From the human T2T-CHM13v2.0 reference genome, Homo sapiens: DNA of 64,000 nucleotides. The notes beneath the pieces are model-generated. The model searched no databases and was not told where the DNA came from. It saw only the letters and a program-made list of their open reading frames with translations. Each line of letters opens with the position of its first letter. Position 1 is the first letter of the stretch. This document shows, one piece after another, positions 29,661 through 43,170 of this stretch. Both the position numbers and the translations under genes were made by a program. The stretch lies in assembly GCF_009914755.1 (NCBI RefSeq), contig NC_060933.1. The stretch is one strand, 5' to 3'.

Positions 29661-30669
29661 GAATGTCCATTGTCCATGTCTTCTACTTGCCTCACTTAGT
29701 CCTCCATGGTGCTTAGCTTTCCTTCAGCACCACTTCTGCAGGCTTATCAGTGTTCTTAGTTCAGTGGGTGAATACACCTGGGCTAAGCACTCACATGAAG
29801 AGAAACACCTGATACACCAACCTATTAAAATCTCTCTGGCTTCATGTGCTGTGTGAGATCTCTCAGCGTGGCTTTGATTCTTAGCATTCGAATAATTCAA
29901 ATCTCAAGGTGACTCTGAGAGACAGAAAAATGTGTCGCTGGTTGTTGGTGTGTCAGAGAAAACAGAGGCCTTTATTTGATTTGACTACTTACCTACGATT
30001 TCTGTGATTGGCTAAAATTCAGATGCATTTTTATGGGAGGTTCTCTGCAAGATAGCTGGATCATAAGGTTCTCACTTGATAATACAAGTATTTTAAGTTT
30101 TGCATCATTAAGTTGCAATTAGACCTTCCAGGAACTACCTTTCCAGATATATTGGCTGAGTTCTGAGTAGAAGTTCTTATTCTGAGGTTTGGAAATTCTC
30201 TAGGGGATACTTGGGCGGACTTCAGGGCATCAGTGAACTCCCTCAACGTGTAATTTGTATGTAATGTGTACGTTTACATGCATTTGTTCTGGGAAGTGTG
30301 TTGATAAGTTTTATTAGGCTCCCTATAGGGACCATCATCCCAGATCAGCTGGTGCTGAAGCTAAAAGTCAGATGCAGCCTGTGGAAAGTGAGACACACAG
30401 CTGGTTCATGGTGAACGGTGGGTGTGAGGCTGGAGGGGGTAAGACCAGTGAGAATCACCAGTCACATAACGTCAGCCTGTCGCCTTCTTCTTCAAACCTC
30501 CCACAGCCTGGAGACTCACTCAAGGGAAACAGAGTTCATTTTTCCTCCCCTGCCCATCCCCACACAGACATGCCATGAAGCAGTGCAGTAGCCAAACAGC
30601 AGGTGTGACGGGAGGGAGCTCCCCCACCTCCCTGACCGGATGCACAGCCAGTGGACAAGGGAGAATTAC

Positions 30670-30789
30670 CTTGCCCTTAGGGCTCTTCTGGTTGGCTGGG
30701 TACAGGAAGATTCCTCCATAGACCAGGGTGCGGTGCACGTCAGCCACCATGGAGCCCACATACCTGGCCCCATAGGGAGCACTGCCATC
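30670..30789 (-). CDS. FBP2: FBP2 coding exon 6 ([22 protein letters not shown]...SPKGK)
   Basis: cttctag|GAT ... AAG|gtaatt; 120 nt; substrate-binding RYVGSMVAD motif. Confidence 0.98.
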
Positions 30790-31039
30790 CTAGAAGACAG
30801 AAAGCGAAGAGACAAGATCCAGTGGCTTTCAGGATTAGCCAGCACCTGCTCGTGGTCACAAGTCCAGTTGGTGTGACCTCTGCCTTCTTGAATCCCTATC
30901 CTCCACCCACTAGTGTAGGAATTGAAAAGATTATATAATTGTGCATTTCATTTATTATGAGCTCCTCAAACCTTACCTTGTGACTGGACTTAACAAATGC
31001 AGGACTGCTTAAAGTATGAGACAATATCCTGCAGCAATC

Positions 31040-32159
31040 TTAAGAGAGCCGCTAAACAAACAGAAAGAAAAAGGAAGTTACCCATCCCACATGCAGTGCC
31101 ACCTATAGGCTCAAAATAAAGGGATGGAAGCCAAACATATAGAAAGCAGAAAAAAGCAGGGGCTGCAATCCTAATTTCAGACAAAATAGACTTTAAACCA
31201 ATAAAGTTCAAAAAAGACGAAAAGGACATTACATAATGGTAAAGGGCTCAATTCAACAAGAAGACTTAACTATCCTAAATAATATGCACCTAACACAGGG
31301 GCACCCAGATTCATAAAGCAAGTCCTTAGAGACCTTCAAAGAGACTTAGACACCCCCCCACAATAATAGTGGCAGACTTCAACACCTCACTGACAGTAAT
31401 CACTGAAGCAGAAAATTAACGAAGATACTCAAGACCTCGAATCAACACTAGACCAAATGGATCTGTTAGACATCTATAGAACTCTCCACCCAAAACCAGA
31501 AAAATATACATTCTTCTCATCACACACAGCACATACAGTAAAATTGGAACACACAATCAGACGTAAAACAATCCTCAGCAAATGCAAAAGAACTGAACTC
31601 ATACCAACCACTCTCCAACCACGGCCATCTCATTACTGGGTATATACCCAAAGGAATAGAAATCATTCTATTGTAAAGACACATGCACATGTATGTTCAC
31701 TGCAACACTATTCACAATAGCAAAGATATGGAATCAACCTAAATGCCCATCAGTGGTAGACTGGATAAAGAAATGTGCTACATATACACAATGGAATACT
31801 ATGCAGCCATAAAGAAGAATGAGATCATGTTTTTGCAGGAACATGGGTGGAGCTGAAGGCCTAATTATCTTAAGTAAACTAACACGGAAATAGGAAACCA
31901 AATGCCACATGTTCTCACTTATAAGTAGGAGCTAAATGATGAGAACACATGGACACAAAGAGGGAAACAACAGACACTGGGGCCTACTTGAGGGTGGAGG
32001 GAGGGAGGAGGGGGAGCAGCAGAAAAGATAAGTATTGGATACCAGGTTTAGTACCTGGGAGACAGACAATCTATACAGCAAACCCCCATGACAGGAGTTT
32101 ACTTATATAACAAACCTGCACAACTACCCCTGAATCTAAAATAAAAGTGTAGAAAATAA

Positions 32160-32160
<1 letters not shown>
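31040..32160 (+). mobile_element. L1PA/PB element with the ORF2 endonuclease region fused directly to the 3' end
   Basis: EN-domain sequence (aatatgcacctaacacagg, tatacattcttctca) to about 31620, then cattactgggtatatacccaaagg and 3'UTR. Confidence 0.8.
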
Positions 32161-32719
<559 letters not shown>

Positions 32720-33054
32720 GAGATGTTCCCAGTGGGGTTTTTGAGGGTGGAGTATCTTACACATGAATTTTGTTTACATTTTCTTATATTTTTTGTTGTC
32801 TTTATGTGATGTGTTACACAGGAACACAATTTTTATATTTGGGGAAAACATTAAGTCATAAAATCAAAACATTTAAATACAGAAAGAATCTTTCAGCAGA
32901 CACACAGTGAACTATCAGGAACTAGAGATGGAACCCATATTCCTAAGCTCCTAGTTTTTTAGCCCAGAAGGACTTGACATAACAGAGACAGGTGTTTCTA
33001 CTCTAACTTACCTTTGCTCTAAAAGAAAAGCTACGAGAAATCTCTCAGTTAAAG

Positions 33055-33125
33055 ATATAGGTAGATAGATGATAGATAGATAGAAAATAGATACATAGAT
33101 GATAGATAGATAGATGATAGATAGG
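33055..33125 (+). repeat. Imperfect (GATA)n microsatellite
   Basis: tagatagatgatagatagatag... Confidence 0.85.
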
Positions 33126-33287
33126 TGAGAGTGAGGGAGGGAGCGAGGGCAGGAGGGAGGGATAACTATAGATGCTCGTAACTTGGGGGAGGAGAGCAAG
33201 GGCCTCTGAAGGTGTAGGATACAATTTGCCCTTGACTAATTACACCCATTCATTTTTACAACATTGGGGAGAAACATCCTTGGCCCA

Positions 33288-34232
33288 CATCTGCTTATTT
33301 TGAGAGTGTTCTGAGAAAGCCACAGTTTTAGCAGAAAAAGCCCAGGAAAGTTCACCATAGAGTTCTTCTCCACCACATGAATGCTCCTGCTTAATCTTCT
33401 CATCAAACAATGGCAATTTTGCAAGAGTTTTGATGGAAAATCACTATAATCCTGATTTAGCTCCTTTTGACTTCTTTATGTTTCCTAATCTTAAAAAACC
33501 TTTAAAGGGCACTGTTGGGAACAGGCCCCCCAAAACCTGGCCATAAACTGGCCCCAAAACTGGCCATAAACAAAGTCTCTGCAGCACTGTGACATGTTCA
33601 TGATGGTCTTAATGCCCACGCTGGAAGGTTTTGGGTTTACCGGAATGAGGGCAAGGAACACCTGGCCCGCCCAGGGCGGAAAACCGCTTAAAGGCATTCT
33701 TAAGCCACAAACAATAGCACGAGTGATCTGTGCCTTAAGGACATGCTCCTGCTGCAGTTAACCAGCCCAACCTATTCCTTTAATTTGGCCCATCCCTTCC
33801 TTTCCCATAAGGGATACTTTTAGTTAATCGAATATCTATAGAAACAATGCTAATGACTGGCTTGCTGTTAATAAATAGGTGGGTAAATCTGTTTGGGGCT
33901 CTCAACTCTGAAGGCTGTGATTTCCCACTTCACACCTCTATATTTCTGTGTGTGTGTCTTTAATTCCTCTAGCTCTGCTGGGTTAGGGTCTCCCCCACCA
34001 AGCTGGTCTTGGCAGGGCACCCATTTTTCTTCAGCAAATAACATTAAAAAGACTGCCTTAAGATTAAATTCCCAGTATCTCAGTTCATTACAGATGGATT
34101 AAAGGGTTGGTATGAAGCCTTACAAAAGCATCTGAACTTGATGGAGCTTATGTTGAGAAATAAAGTTTATATTTTATGTTTCTAATCTCTTTTAATTTCA
34201 TTTTTCCATGAACTTTTTGAAGGCCTCTCATA
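33288..34232 (+). mobile_element. HSMAR2 mariner 3' fragment (degenerate transposase C-terminus), split by MER9
   Basis: Encodes degenerate YNPDLAPFDFFMFPNLKKPLKG|THFSS...LELDGAYVEK (YSPDLAP motif); ends ttccatgaactttttgaagg..ctcata. Confidence 0.8.
33513..34014 (+). mobile_element. MER9 (HERV-K HML-3) solo LTR
   Basis: tgttgggaacaggccccccaaaa...ctggtcttggca; 6-bp TSD GGGCAC at 33507-33512 and 34015-34020. Confidence 0.9.
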
Positions 34233-34595
34233 TAATTATTTATTCTAAAAGCAAATGCAACTGAGTGAGTCTATAGGTTGGAGCTTAAACAAATGACTTC
34301 AGAGAGGATCTGGCGTGAGCTCTGAATTTTGTAAATGTGATCTCTGCCTTCTTTATAAAGAATTTATCCTGGAAAAACTCAAATGTAAAGATAAGTACTA
34401 CCTTTAGAAGGTAAATTTTAGCTATATAAGATACTGAATGCTTATGAAGAAAGGCAGAGTCCATCATCTTCATACTGACCACAGCCATAAACAGTGGCAC
34501 CAACCTCTTTCAGCAAAGCCCCTGAAGCCACCACCCAAACAGGACCCCATGGGGACAGCATTCTGTCTGCCACCCACCTGGCTTTCTTCACTCAC

Positions 34596-34733
34596 CTCAG
34601 GGAATTTCTTTTTCTGCACATATTCAGTGGTGGCCGCATCAAAATACTTGGCATAGCCCTCATTCAGGCTGTAAATCTTTCCTTTCTTCTTAATCTTGAC
34701 ATCTTTTTCCACCAGGACAAATTCACCAAGAGC
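34596..34733 (-). CDS. FBP2: FBP2 coding exon 5 ([27 protein letters not shown]...KKKFPE)
   Basis: ttgctag|GCT ... GAG|gtgagt; 138 nt; includes the KKKGK nuclear-localisation motif. Confidence 0.98.
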
Positions 34734-35172
34734 CTAGCAACATGAAGAGAGATGCCAGGAAGAAGAGAGAAGCCAGGAAACAAGCCAACCGCACAATCCC
34801 CACATCAGAGCAGGAGAAGATGGGGGCCTGCTGGCAGAGCTGGGGCTTGGCTGTGGTCACTCTGAACCTGCTCTTTGGTGTTTTCATGAGTGGTGGGAAG
34901 AATAGGGACCATATGGAGCCCACACAGGAAGCTCTAGCAGTAACACAGCAAGCAGGAAGACAATTCTAAGGAAGCAGCCCATAGTCTTCTTTCTTTTCCT
35001 GTGCATCTTCCACTGTCAGTGAGGCTCCTCATTTATGGTGAACCCAACTGTGTGTATCTCCCAAGTTCTCACCCGCAGATTAATGTTTTCAGGAAGATAG
35101 GCCATCAACAGTGAGAGGAAGAAGTTACATTGTCGTATGAGGGATGCATTTTAACCATTAATTTGTGGTACA

Positions 35173-35494
<322 letters not shown>

Positions 35495-35979
35495 TTAGTG
35501 ATTCAATCATAGAAACTATTCAGTTTCTGGTATCCCACTCTTACCTGGAGAAAAGAGGAAGCCGCTTTCATCAGACACTGTGTTCACCCAGCGTAAGGAA
35601 AAAGTTGGTAAAATCTAAAGGAATCCTCAGACATATTAATAAAAGTGTGCCCAGTCCCTCTCCACAACCCATGTAGCCACTGTGGTCAGTACCTGCAGGG
35701 CATCTCTCAAATACCCCTATGTCTAGTTCTGGTGATATCAGTCACTAAAAATGGGATCAGCTTGTGGCAGATACCACCTTAAATGCTCATGTCTGTCTCA
35801 GTCACTAGGAGGAAAACCAGAGCCTGGAAACCAGATCCATTTTGATGAATGTCCAAGATTTTGAGAGTGAAAAACTCCAAAATGACAGCTCACAGTTGGC
35901 AGCTAGGCCAGAAGGTTCCCAAGGAACATCAGAGGTATTCCCGGAATATAAAGAGGCAAGGCCACAGAATGACTCCACA

Positions 35980-36365
35980 TAGCAGAGGTGTTGCTACGAG
36001 AGGTGACACTGTCCCTGTCAGAAACAAGTCAGTGCCAAGGAGACTCAATAACAAAAACAACTAAACAATCCTTTCCTGCCTAACATGAGTGACAACTGCT
36101 TCTATATCAGTGACTTCAATCTCTCTGCCTCCTAGATAAAAATGATTAAGGTAACTAGTCATTAATTGCACCCACTTCCAGACAATATCCAATCCAGACT
36201 GACCCTCTCTTCCTCAAATCCTCTTTAGAATCACCAAGCAAAACCCCAAGTCCTATAAGCCCATCTCAACTCCCTCCTTATGCAACACCCCATGGTTCCT
36301 CTGCAGTGCCTGCTAAATCTAACTTCGGGTTATTACAGGTGCACGAGTGATGGTCTTTGACTCAT
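35980..36365 (+). mobile_element. Old ERV LTR (MER21/MER34/MER77-like, unassigned)
   Basis: LTR-like layout: atccaatcc, cctataag, terminal ggtctttgact. Confidence 0.4.
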
Positions 36366-37624
36366 GACCTTTAACTTGCTGTGGGTGTCTGTTGCTTTGG
36401 AGCAGCCCAGCGCTGATTTCTACTTCTGAAAAGTGCCCTGACTTGCTTTGAATTGGATGCCAGTCTAGGAAGACTCATATCTGGGCCTCTTGTAGGCCAA
36501 GGTCAGGCATGTACCTTAGCTTGAAAATGAGATACGCCTCCCTAGGATTTGAAACCTGAGTGAGAGGCGCAGCACTGGGGGTGGTGTCCAGGCCAGACCG
36601 GCCATGTTGCGAGACCACTGCCGTGCTTCCTGCTTCCTGGTCCTCTAGTCCTGCCCGTTCCTAGCCAGGGTCCTCAGCTTTCCCATCAATGCAGTAACTC
36701 CTTTCACTTAATTGAGCCGGGGTCAATTTTGCTGTTGCTTTCCAGCAAAGAGGATGGAGATGCACAACTGTCATCTGAACAGTGGCACTCACTCACCACC
36801 TGAACAGAGGCGCTCATTCTGCATCAGGGCGGGTGAAAACGCCTTACGTTGATCCACTCCTGGGGCTGGGGCCGGGACACTCAGGCCCTGGGAATATTGT
36901 TTCCACAGTTTTATTAACCTGGAAAATGTGTTCCTTTGTTCTGATTGTGTGGTCACCAACAACGGCTGATTTTTAATATGGGCTCTCATACACCCTGTTA
37001 CCGATTATCAGACACCAGATCCTGGTCACAAGAAACAACAGCTCCCATTTGTAAATGAATGCCTTGACATTGAGCTTTACCCACAATGGAGAGTTGGTTA
37101 ACAGGAGGTGGTCTCTCTGTGCCTGAACAATATGTGTGTTCTGACAAAATCAAATCACCAGCCCTGCAATCCCACAGACCTCACAGGCTCAGTTTGACCC
37201 ACCAGGGAATGCTGCCTCCATAAGCTACTGGCCGCCTTCCATGGCATTTCTATCTGTGACAACTGCCACAAGCTACCTCCGCTGGATGTCAAACAGGCAC
37301 TAAGCTTTGTGCACTGGGTCTTTGCTCAAATGTCCTTTTTAGTAGGGAGATGTGATCCAAAGGGGTTTCAGGCTAATACATAGAGATCCGGAAAGATGCT
37401 ATGGTTCATCTCTTCCTTCTGTCATGTTGACAAGCTCTGGTGCCCACCTATGTCCAGACTGGGCCCTGCTTTCATGACTGAGGGCAGAAAACAGAGGCTC
37501 TGTCTGTGCCTGGGAATCTTTGAATTGGGTCCCTGAGTCAAAGCATCTCCCATCACCTTTAGAACTGCTCAGAATGTTCATGGAGATATTTTGCTTGTAC
37601 TCAAGAGCAGTTGTGTTGGAAATT

Positions 37625-37880
37625 TAGTGTGGTAGAGTAATTAAAGCACAGACTGCTGGAGCATGACTCCTGACACCAGTCACTAGCTTGACCTTGCGCA
37701 AGTTACTCACTCTCTCTACGCCTCACTTTCCCCATCTGAAAATGGGAATAATTGTAGGACATATCTCATAGGGCCACTGTGACATTTAAATGCATTAATA
37801 GATGTAAATTTCATAGGACAGGTACTTTACATTCCTACCACTTACGAAGAATTATCTAACTCTTAGCTGTTATTCTACAA
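37625..37880 (+). mobile_element. MIR
   Basis: gaccttgcgcaagttactcactctctctacgcctcactttccccatctgaaaatggg core. Confidence 0.75.
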
Positions 37881-38788
37881 CAACTTTAGAAAGGGTGTTT
37901 TATTGTCTGAGGGTAATATTTGCAAGCCATAGAATTTCTCAGGGTTTGCCAGCTTCTTTGAACATAAAGGGAAATTGGGGCATTAGCAAACTGACACAGC
38001 AATGGGTCTTGGTCTAATGGGCATACAGGTGAAAAGATTCTATTTGAAAAGTTTCTGGGTTTCCATACTGTAAACTCTGTTTTGTAAGTTAACTCCATGT
38101 CATTTTGAAATTTTGCAAACCCCTCTCTCCACACATGTGCACTAACACGTGAACTCCACAAGGGCTGTCATGTGTGTTTGATCAATGCTCCATCTCCGCT
38201 GTCTGGAGTGGTGCTTTGGGACACAGTAGATGCTCAATAAACAGCTGTAAATCAAAAACTTAAATACTTAACCTTTTGGTCTAAGTGAACAAGAGGTTTT
38301 GACGTGTTCTTTGGTGGATATTATCTGAGTTTTCACAAGACCTCAGTATACTTGGCAAAGCATTTCACAATTGATGGGCAAGCCATCCAGCATTTAAAAG
38401 TGAAATTCATGGAGCATTCTACTGGATGGTGCTGCTCTAACGAACCCATGCTTCTGCTGGAAATTTGCAGCATTGTGATTCTTAAATCATGGCATTCTCA
38501 TAAGCCAAAGAGATTGAGTGCATTTTTGGAAAATGAGCTCCTTAAGGAGAGGGCCTGAGTTGATGCAACTGGCTCTGCAGGACACTCCTCCCCCCGAGTG
38601 CCCTCACTGGGACAGAGGCCCTTCATGGTTTCTGATGATGGTTTTGGCTCCCCAAACTAGGCTCTCAGGACCCCTGGTCCCCAAAACAAGTATTAGGAAT
38701 AACCAGGACATTATCGCAGAGAACTGGCATTAAGGCACAGAGGCCCATGGAGTCCCCAGGCACAGATGATGCCATATTCTGTACCTAC

Positions 38789-38929
38789 CGGGTCAAGCAT
38801 GAAGAGGTCCACGCCTTGCCCTGTGGAGAGAGCCACCAGGGTTGCACTACCGTACAGCGCATAACCTGCGGCCACAATATTGCGGCCACACTGCAGGGCA
38901 TCCTTTTCAGAAGGCTCATCCTCTGAGGT
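38789..38929 (-). CDS. FBP2: FBP2 coding exon 4 ([28 protein letters not shown]...FMLDP)
   Basis: cttccacag|ACC ... CCG|gtaggt; 141 nt. Confidence 0.98.
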
Positions 38930-40089
38930 CTGTGGAAGAGAGGGATAAATGCCATGTGTTATTGTTGTCTCTGGAGAGAACACTTTGCCAGGGGCCTGGG
39001 CTTCAGATCTCCTCGAATCACTGAAGGAAGCGCGGTTCTTTGAATTTTAAGCTGCTGCAAATCCATCCAGAGGAAACGAGTGGCCATGTTGCCAACAGTT
39101 CTAGCTGAGCCATGGCAAAGGCCATTCTTGGACTTCTTCCTTCCTGTTTTCCAAACGCATGTGTCTGTAGCCTGACAAGAAAAGCACTCCCAGATGCTAA
39201 AACCGTAGCCCCTCTTCATCATAAGCCATGTTCCCAAGCCACGATACTCACAACTCAGATCACTGAGCTGAGCGTGCAGTGTCTCACTCTGCACACTCAA
39301 CAGCCCTTTGGGGCAGATAGCACCATCACCTCCATGGCTCAGAGGGAGAACTCTGAGAGCAAAACCACCTAAGATTAACAACCTACTGCAGCTGGAGCGG
39401 CTGCACAACTCGCCCAGCAGCAGGAAGCCCTGATTCTGCCTTTCTCTCTGACTCTGTGGATGCTCCTTCTCACTTGCCTCTCTTCCCGGCAGCACCTCTT
39501 CCTCTGATTCCTTAAATGTTGGTGCTCCTTCTGGTCCTTCTGTGGCCCTTGGTACATCCAACCGGTGCAAAATGATTCTTCCTCACCCCCTTATCCAAAA
39601 TGGGGACTCTTAGCTGCTACATTTGTATTGAGTTACCCCGTCTCCCACGACACACACACACGCACACTTATTTGATGGGGTCAAGGATAGATTCATAGAT
39701 TAGTGATTCAAACTGGCCCAATGTGAGTCTCTCCTCCAGAAACCTAGAATTGGAGTACAGCATTGTTGTGATGTACGTAGAAGCTTTGTAAACCCGAATG
39801 TTCTTGCCTCCATGTTCTGACCTCATGGTCTGGTCTTCCAGCGCTTGACGCCATGAGCACTCAGAGCTGCTTCTCTGAAGCTCCCAACACATTTTCATTC
39901 ACGGGCTTAGTGTCTGACTTCCCAGCTAGACTGTGAGCAACTTGGTGGCAAGTACCAACTCCGTCTTGTTCCTGTCTGTTTACCCATCACCTAGCACAAT
40001 CCAGTCCACAGATATTGCATTTAATTCACACACACACACAACACACACATGAGTTTACACACACACATATATACATGCATACATGCAGT

Positions 40090-43000
40090 GATTTTCAGCA
40101 TAAGAATCCTATACACATTTTTTGGATTTATACTGTTCCATTTTTTGTGTGATTGTAAATAGCACATATTTTAAAATGTAATTATAATTACGAATTAGTT
40201 TATTGCTAATATATAGAAATCTAGTTGATTTTGTATCTTGATCTTGTATCCTGTGACCTTGCTAAACTCACTAGTTCTAGAAGTGTTTTGGTTTTCTGTT
40301 TGTAGGTTCCTTGGGATTTTCTACATAGACCATCATGTCGTCTGCAAGAACAGTGTTATTACCTGCTTTCCAATCTGTATGTGTTTCATCATCTTCCTTG
40401 CCTTATTGTGCTGGCTACAACTTTCAGGATTACATATGTTGGGTAACAGTGGCGAGTGAGGACATCCTTGCTTTGTTACTGATCTTAGAGTATAAGCATT
40501 CAGTCTTTCACCATTAAATGTAATGCTAGCTGTAGATGTACTTGATAGAGTTAAGGGACGCTCCTCCTCTATTTCTTGTTTTCTAAGACTTTCTGTTTTT
40601 TCAGAGACAGGGTCTTGCTCTGTTGCCCAGGGTGGAGTGCAGTGGCTTGGTCATGGCTCACTGCAGCCTCCAACTCCTGGGCTTAAGTCATCCTCCCATC
40701 TCAACTTCTTGAGTAGCTGGGACTACGGGTATGCACTACCACCCCCCTCTCCAGCTAATGTCTTTTTTGAGATGGGGGTCTTGCTATGTTGCCCAGGCTG
40801 GTCTCAAACTCCTGGCCTCAAGCAATCCTCCTACCTCAGCAAGTTTCTTTTTTAAATAATGAATGAGTGTTGAATTTGTTCAAATGTTTTTTCTCCATCA
40901 ATAGATACGATTTTGTGATTTTTCTTCTTTAGCCTGTTGATATGGTGGATTACACTGACTGATTCTGAATACTGGATCAGTCTTCCATCACCAGAATAAA
41001 CCCCACTCAGCCATGGTGTATAATTTATTTTATGTATTGTTGAATTCTATTTGCCAATATTTTGTTAAGAGTTTTTGCATTTATTGATAAGGAATATTGG
41101 TCTGTGGTATTTTTTTGAACAATCTTTGTCTGGTTTTTGTATCAGGATAACACTGGTTTCATAAAATGAATTGGGAAGTGTTCCTTCCTATTATCTTTTC
41201 TGGAAGAGACTGAATAATCTGTGAATATTTGTTATGTTTTTCCAGTAAACCATCTGAGCCTGGAGATTTCTTTTCTTGGGCATGAGTTTCTTAATAGTAT
41301 TGAGCCCTGTAGATAGCCATTCAAAGTATCTATTTTATATTGGGTGAGTTAGAGTATTGTAGTTTTTGAGACATTGGTTCGTTTCATCTAAGTTGTCAAA
41401 TGTATGCATGTGGAGTTGTTTCTAATATTCTCTTTTTATCCTTTTGAAAAACAAGGCAACCTGAGATTAACAATCTACTGCATAAATACACAATTCTCTG
41501 ATCATTTTCCCAAGATAAATTCCCAATAATTAAATAATTGGGTAAAAATCTTTTGATACATATTGAAAAATTGTCTTCCAGAAAGAGTGCATCAATTTAT
41601 ACTTTTACCACTAATAATAAGAGAGTTCATTTTAATTCAGCCTGGTAAACACAAGATAGCATTGTCTTTTCAACTTTGTCAATTTGACAGGTGGACAAAA
41701 TGACATCTCTTTTGTTTTAACTTCTATTTTTTATGAGTCAGGTAAAACCTTTTATATGTTTATTTTGACCATTTTTATTTTGTAAGTTGTCTCTTTCATG
41801 TCTTGCTTATTTTTCTATCAGGATATTCAACTTCTTGTTTATTTTAATAGCTCTTTATATATAAAGGATATTAATGTCTTGTATATGTCACAAATATTTT
41901 CCTCGATTGTCATTGCCTTCTTATTTATGGTGCCTGTTTTTGCAGTGCAGTTTTAAAATTAAAATTATTCATGACATTCCATATGTTTTCTTCTCTTGTC
42001 TTTATGTTTAGACTGAATTTCTCCTACATCAAGACAGGGTGACACAAATATTCTTGTCTTTTCTTTCTGGTTTTATTCCCCACCTCTCTACCAAACTCAT
42101 CAACTCATCTGTAATTTATTTCTATGCATGGAAAAAAAAGAATGGTTCAGTTTTTGTATTTGTCTAACACGGTCCTGAGATTTCAAAAACCCAGTTTATA
42201 TCAGCAATCTTCATTGCCATGACACCTTTCTCAGTAAATTTTATAGTAGTTTGCAAATGATTTAGTGCGTCTTTTTATTTTTTTCTACACCAATAAATAT
42301 CTGAGCCCATCAGATAAGTGGTGCTTCCTACCACTACTTTTTGGTAAAATAAATGAAAATTGCAAGAGCTCCATGTATTTGGTGGTAGAAATTATGAAAT
42401 GTGGACTTTTTTCCTTTTTGTTGAGGTATAAAGCATATAGCAGAGCATACAAATCTTAATGGTACATCTTGATAAATTTTTACAAATATATAATATACAC
42501 TTATGTGTATTTATAGAATATTTTACATAACATCCAGATCCATTTATATAACATTTCCAGCAACCTAGTGGACTTTAGGCCTAGTGAAGCCAGGCCTAGT
42601 AGTCTCTTCCAGTCACTATCACCTCCTGCCAAAGGTAACCTCTATTCTCACCTTTATCACCAAATCTAACTTTATCTGGTTTGGAACATCATCTAAATGA
42701 AATGACACTGCATATGTTCTTTTGTATGGCTTATGATTTTCAAGTTTATTTCTTTGCAATTTTACCTATGTTGTTATACATAGCAGTTTGTTCTTTTTCA
42801 TTGCTATGTAGTTTTCTGTTGTATGACTATATCACAATTTATTTCTCCATTCTCATGTTGATATGCATTTGGATTTTTCTGGTTTGGGGCTACTATGACT
42901 AATTTCTCCATCTTTGGGCAGACACAGAATTCCTTTCTTCTGTGTGGGTCCCAGGAGTGAAATTGCTTGGCCATAGTGTGTAAATATCTGTTTAGCATTA

Positions 43001-43170
43001 GTAGGTCCTATCAAATGTTTTCCAAAGTAGTTATACTATTTGATAGTCCCACCAATGAGGTATAAGAATTCCAGTTTCTTTGCCAACACTTGGTATGCTT
43101 AGTCTTTTTAGATTTAGCCACTCTGGAAGAGGAGAATGGTGTCTCACTGTGGTTTTAATTTCCATCTTCC
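40090..43170 (-). mobile_element. Old L1M fragments with an AluJ-like insertion (about 40596-40840)
   Basis: cttgtatcctgtgaccttgctaaactcact, cattcagtctttcaccattaa, ataaaatgaattgggaagtgttcc. Confidence 0.7.

Noticed and set aside
38959-39570. 203-aa minus-strand ORF beside FBP2 exon 4
   Set aside because: Intronic, non-ATG start, no domain similarity or splice support recognised
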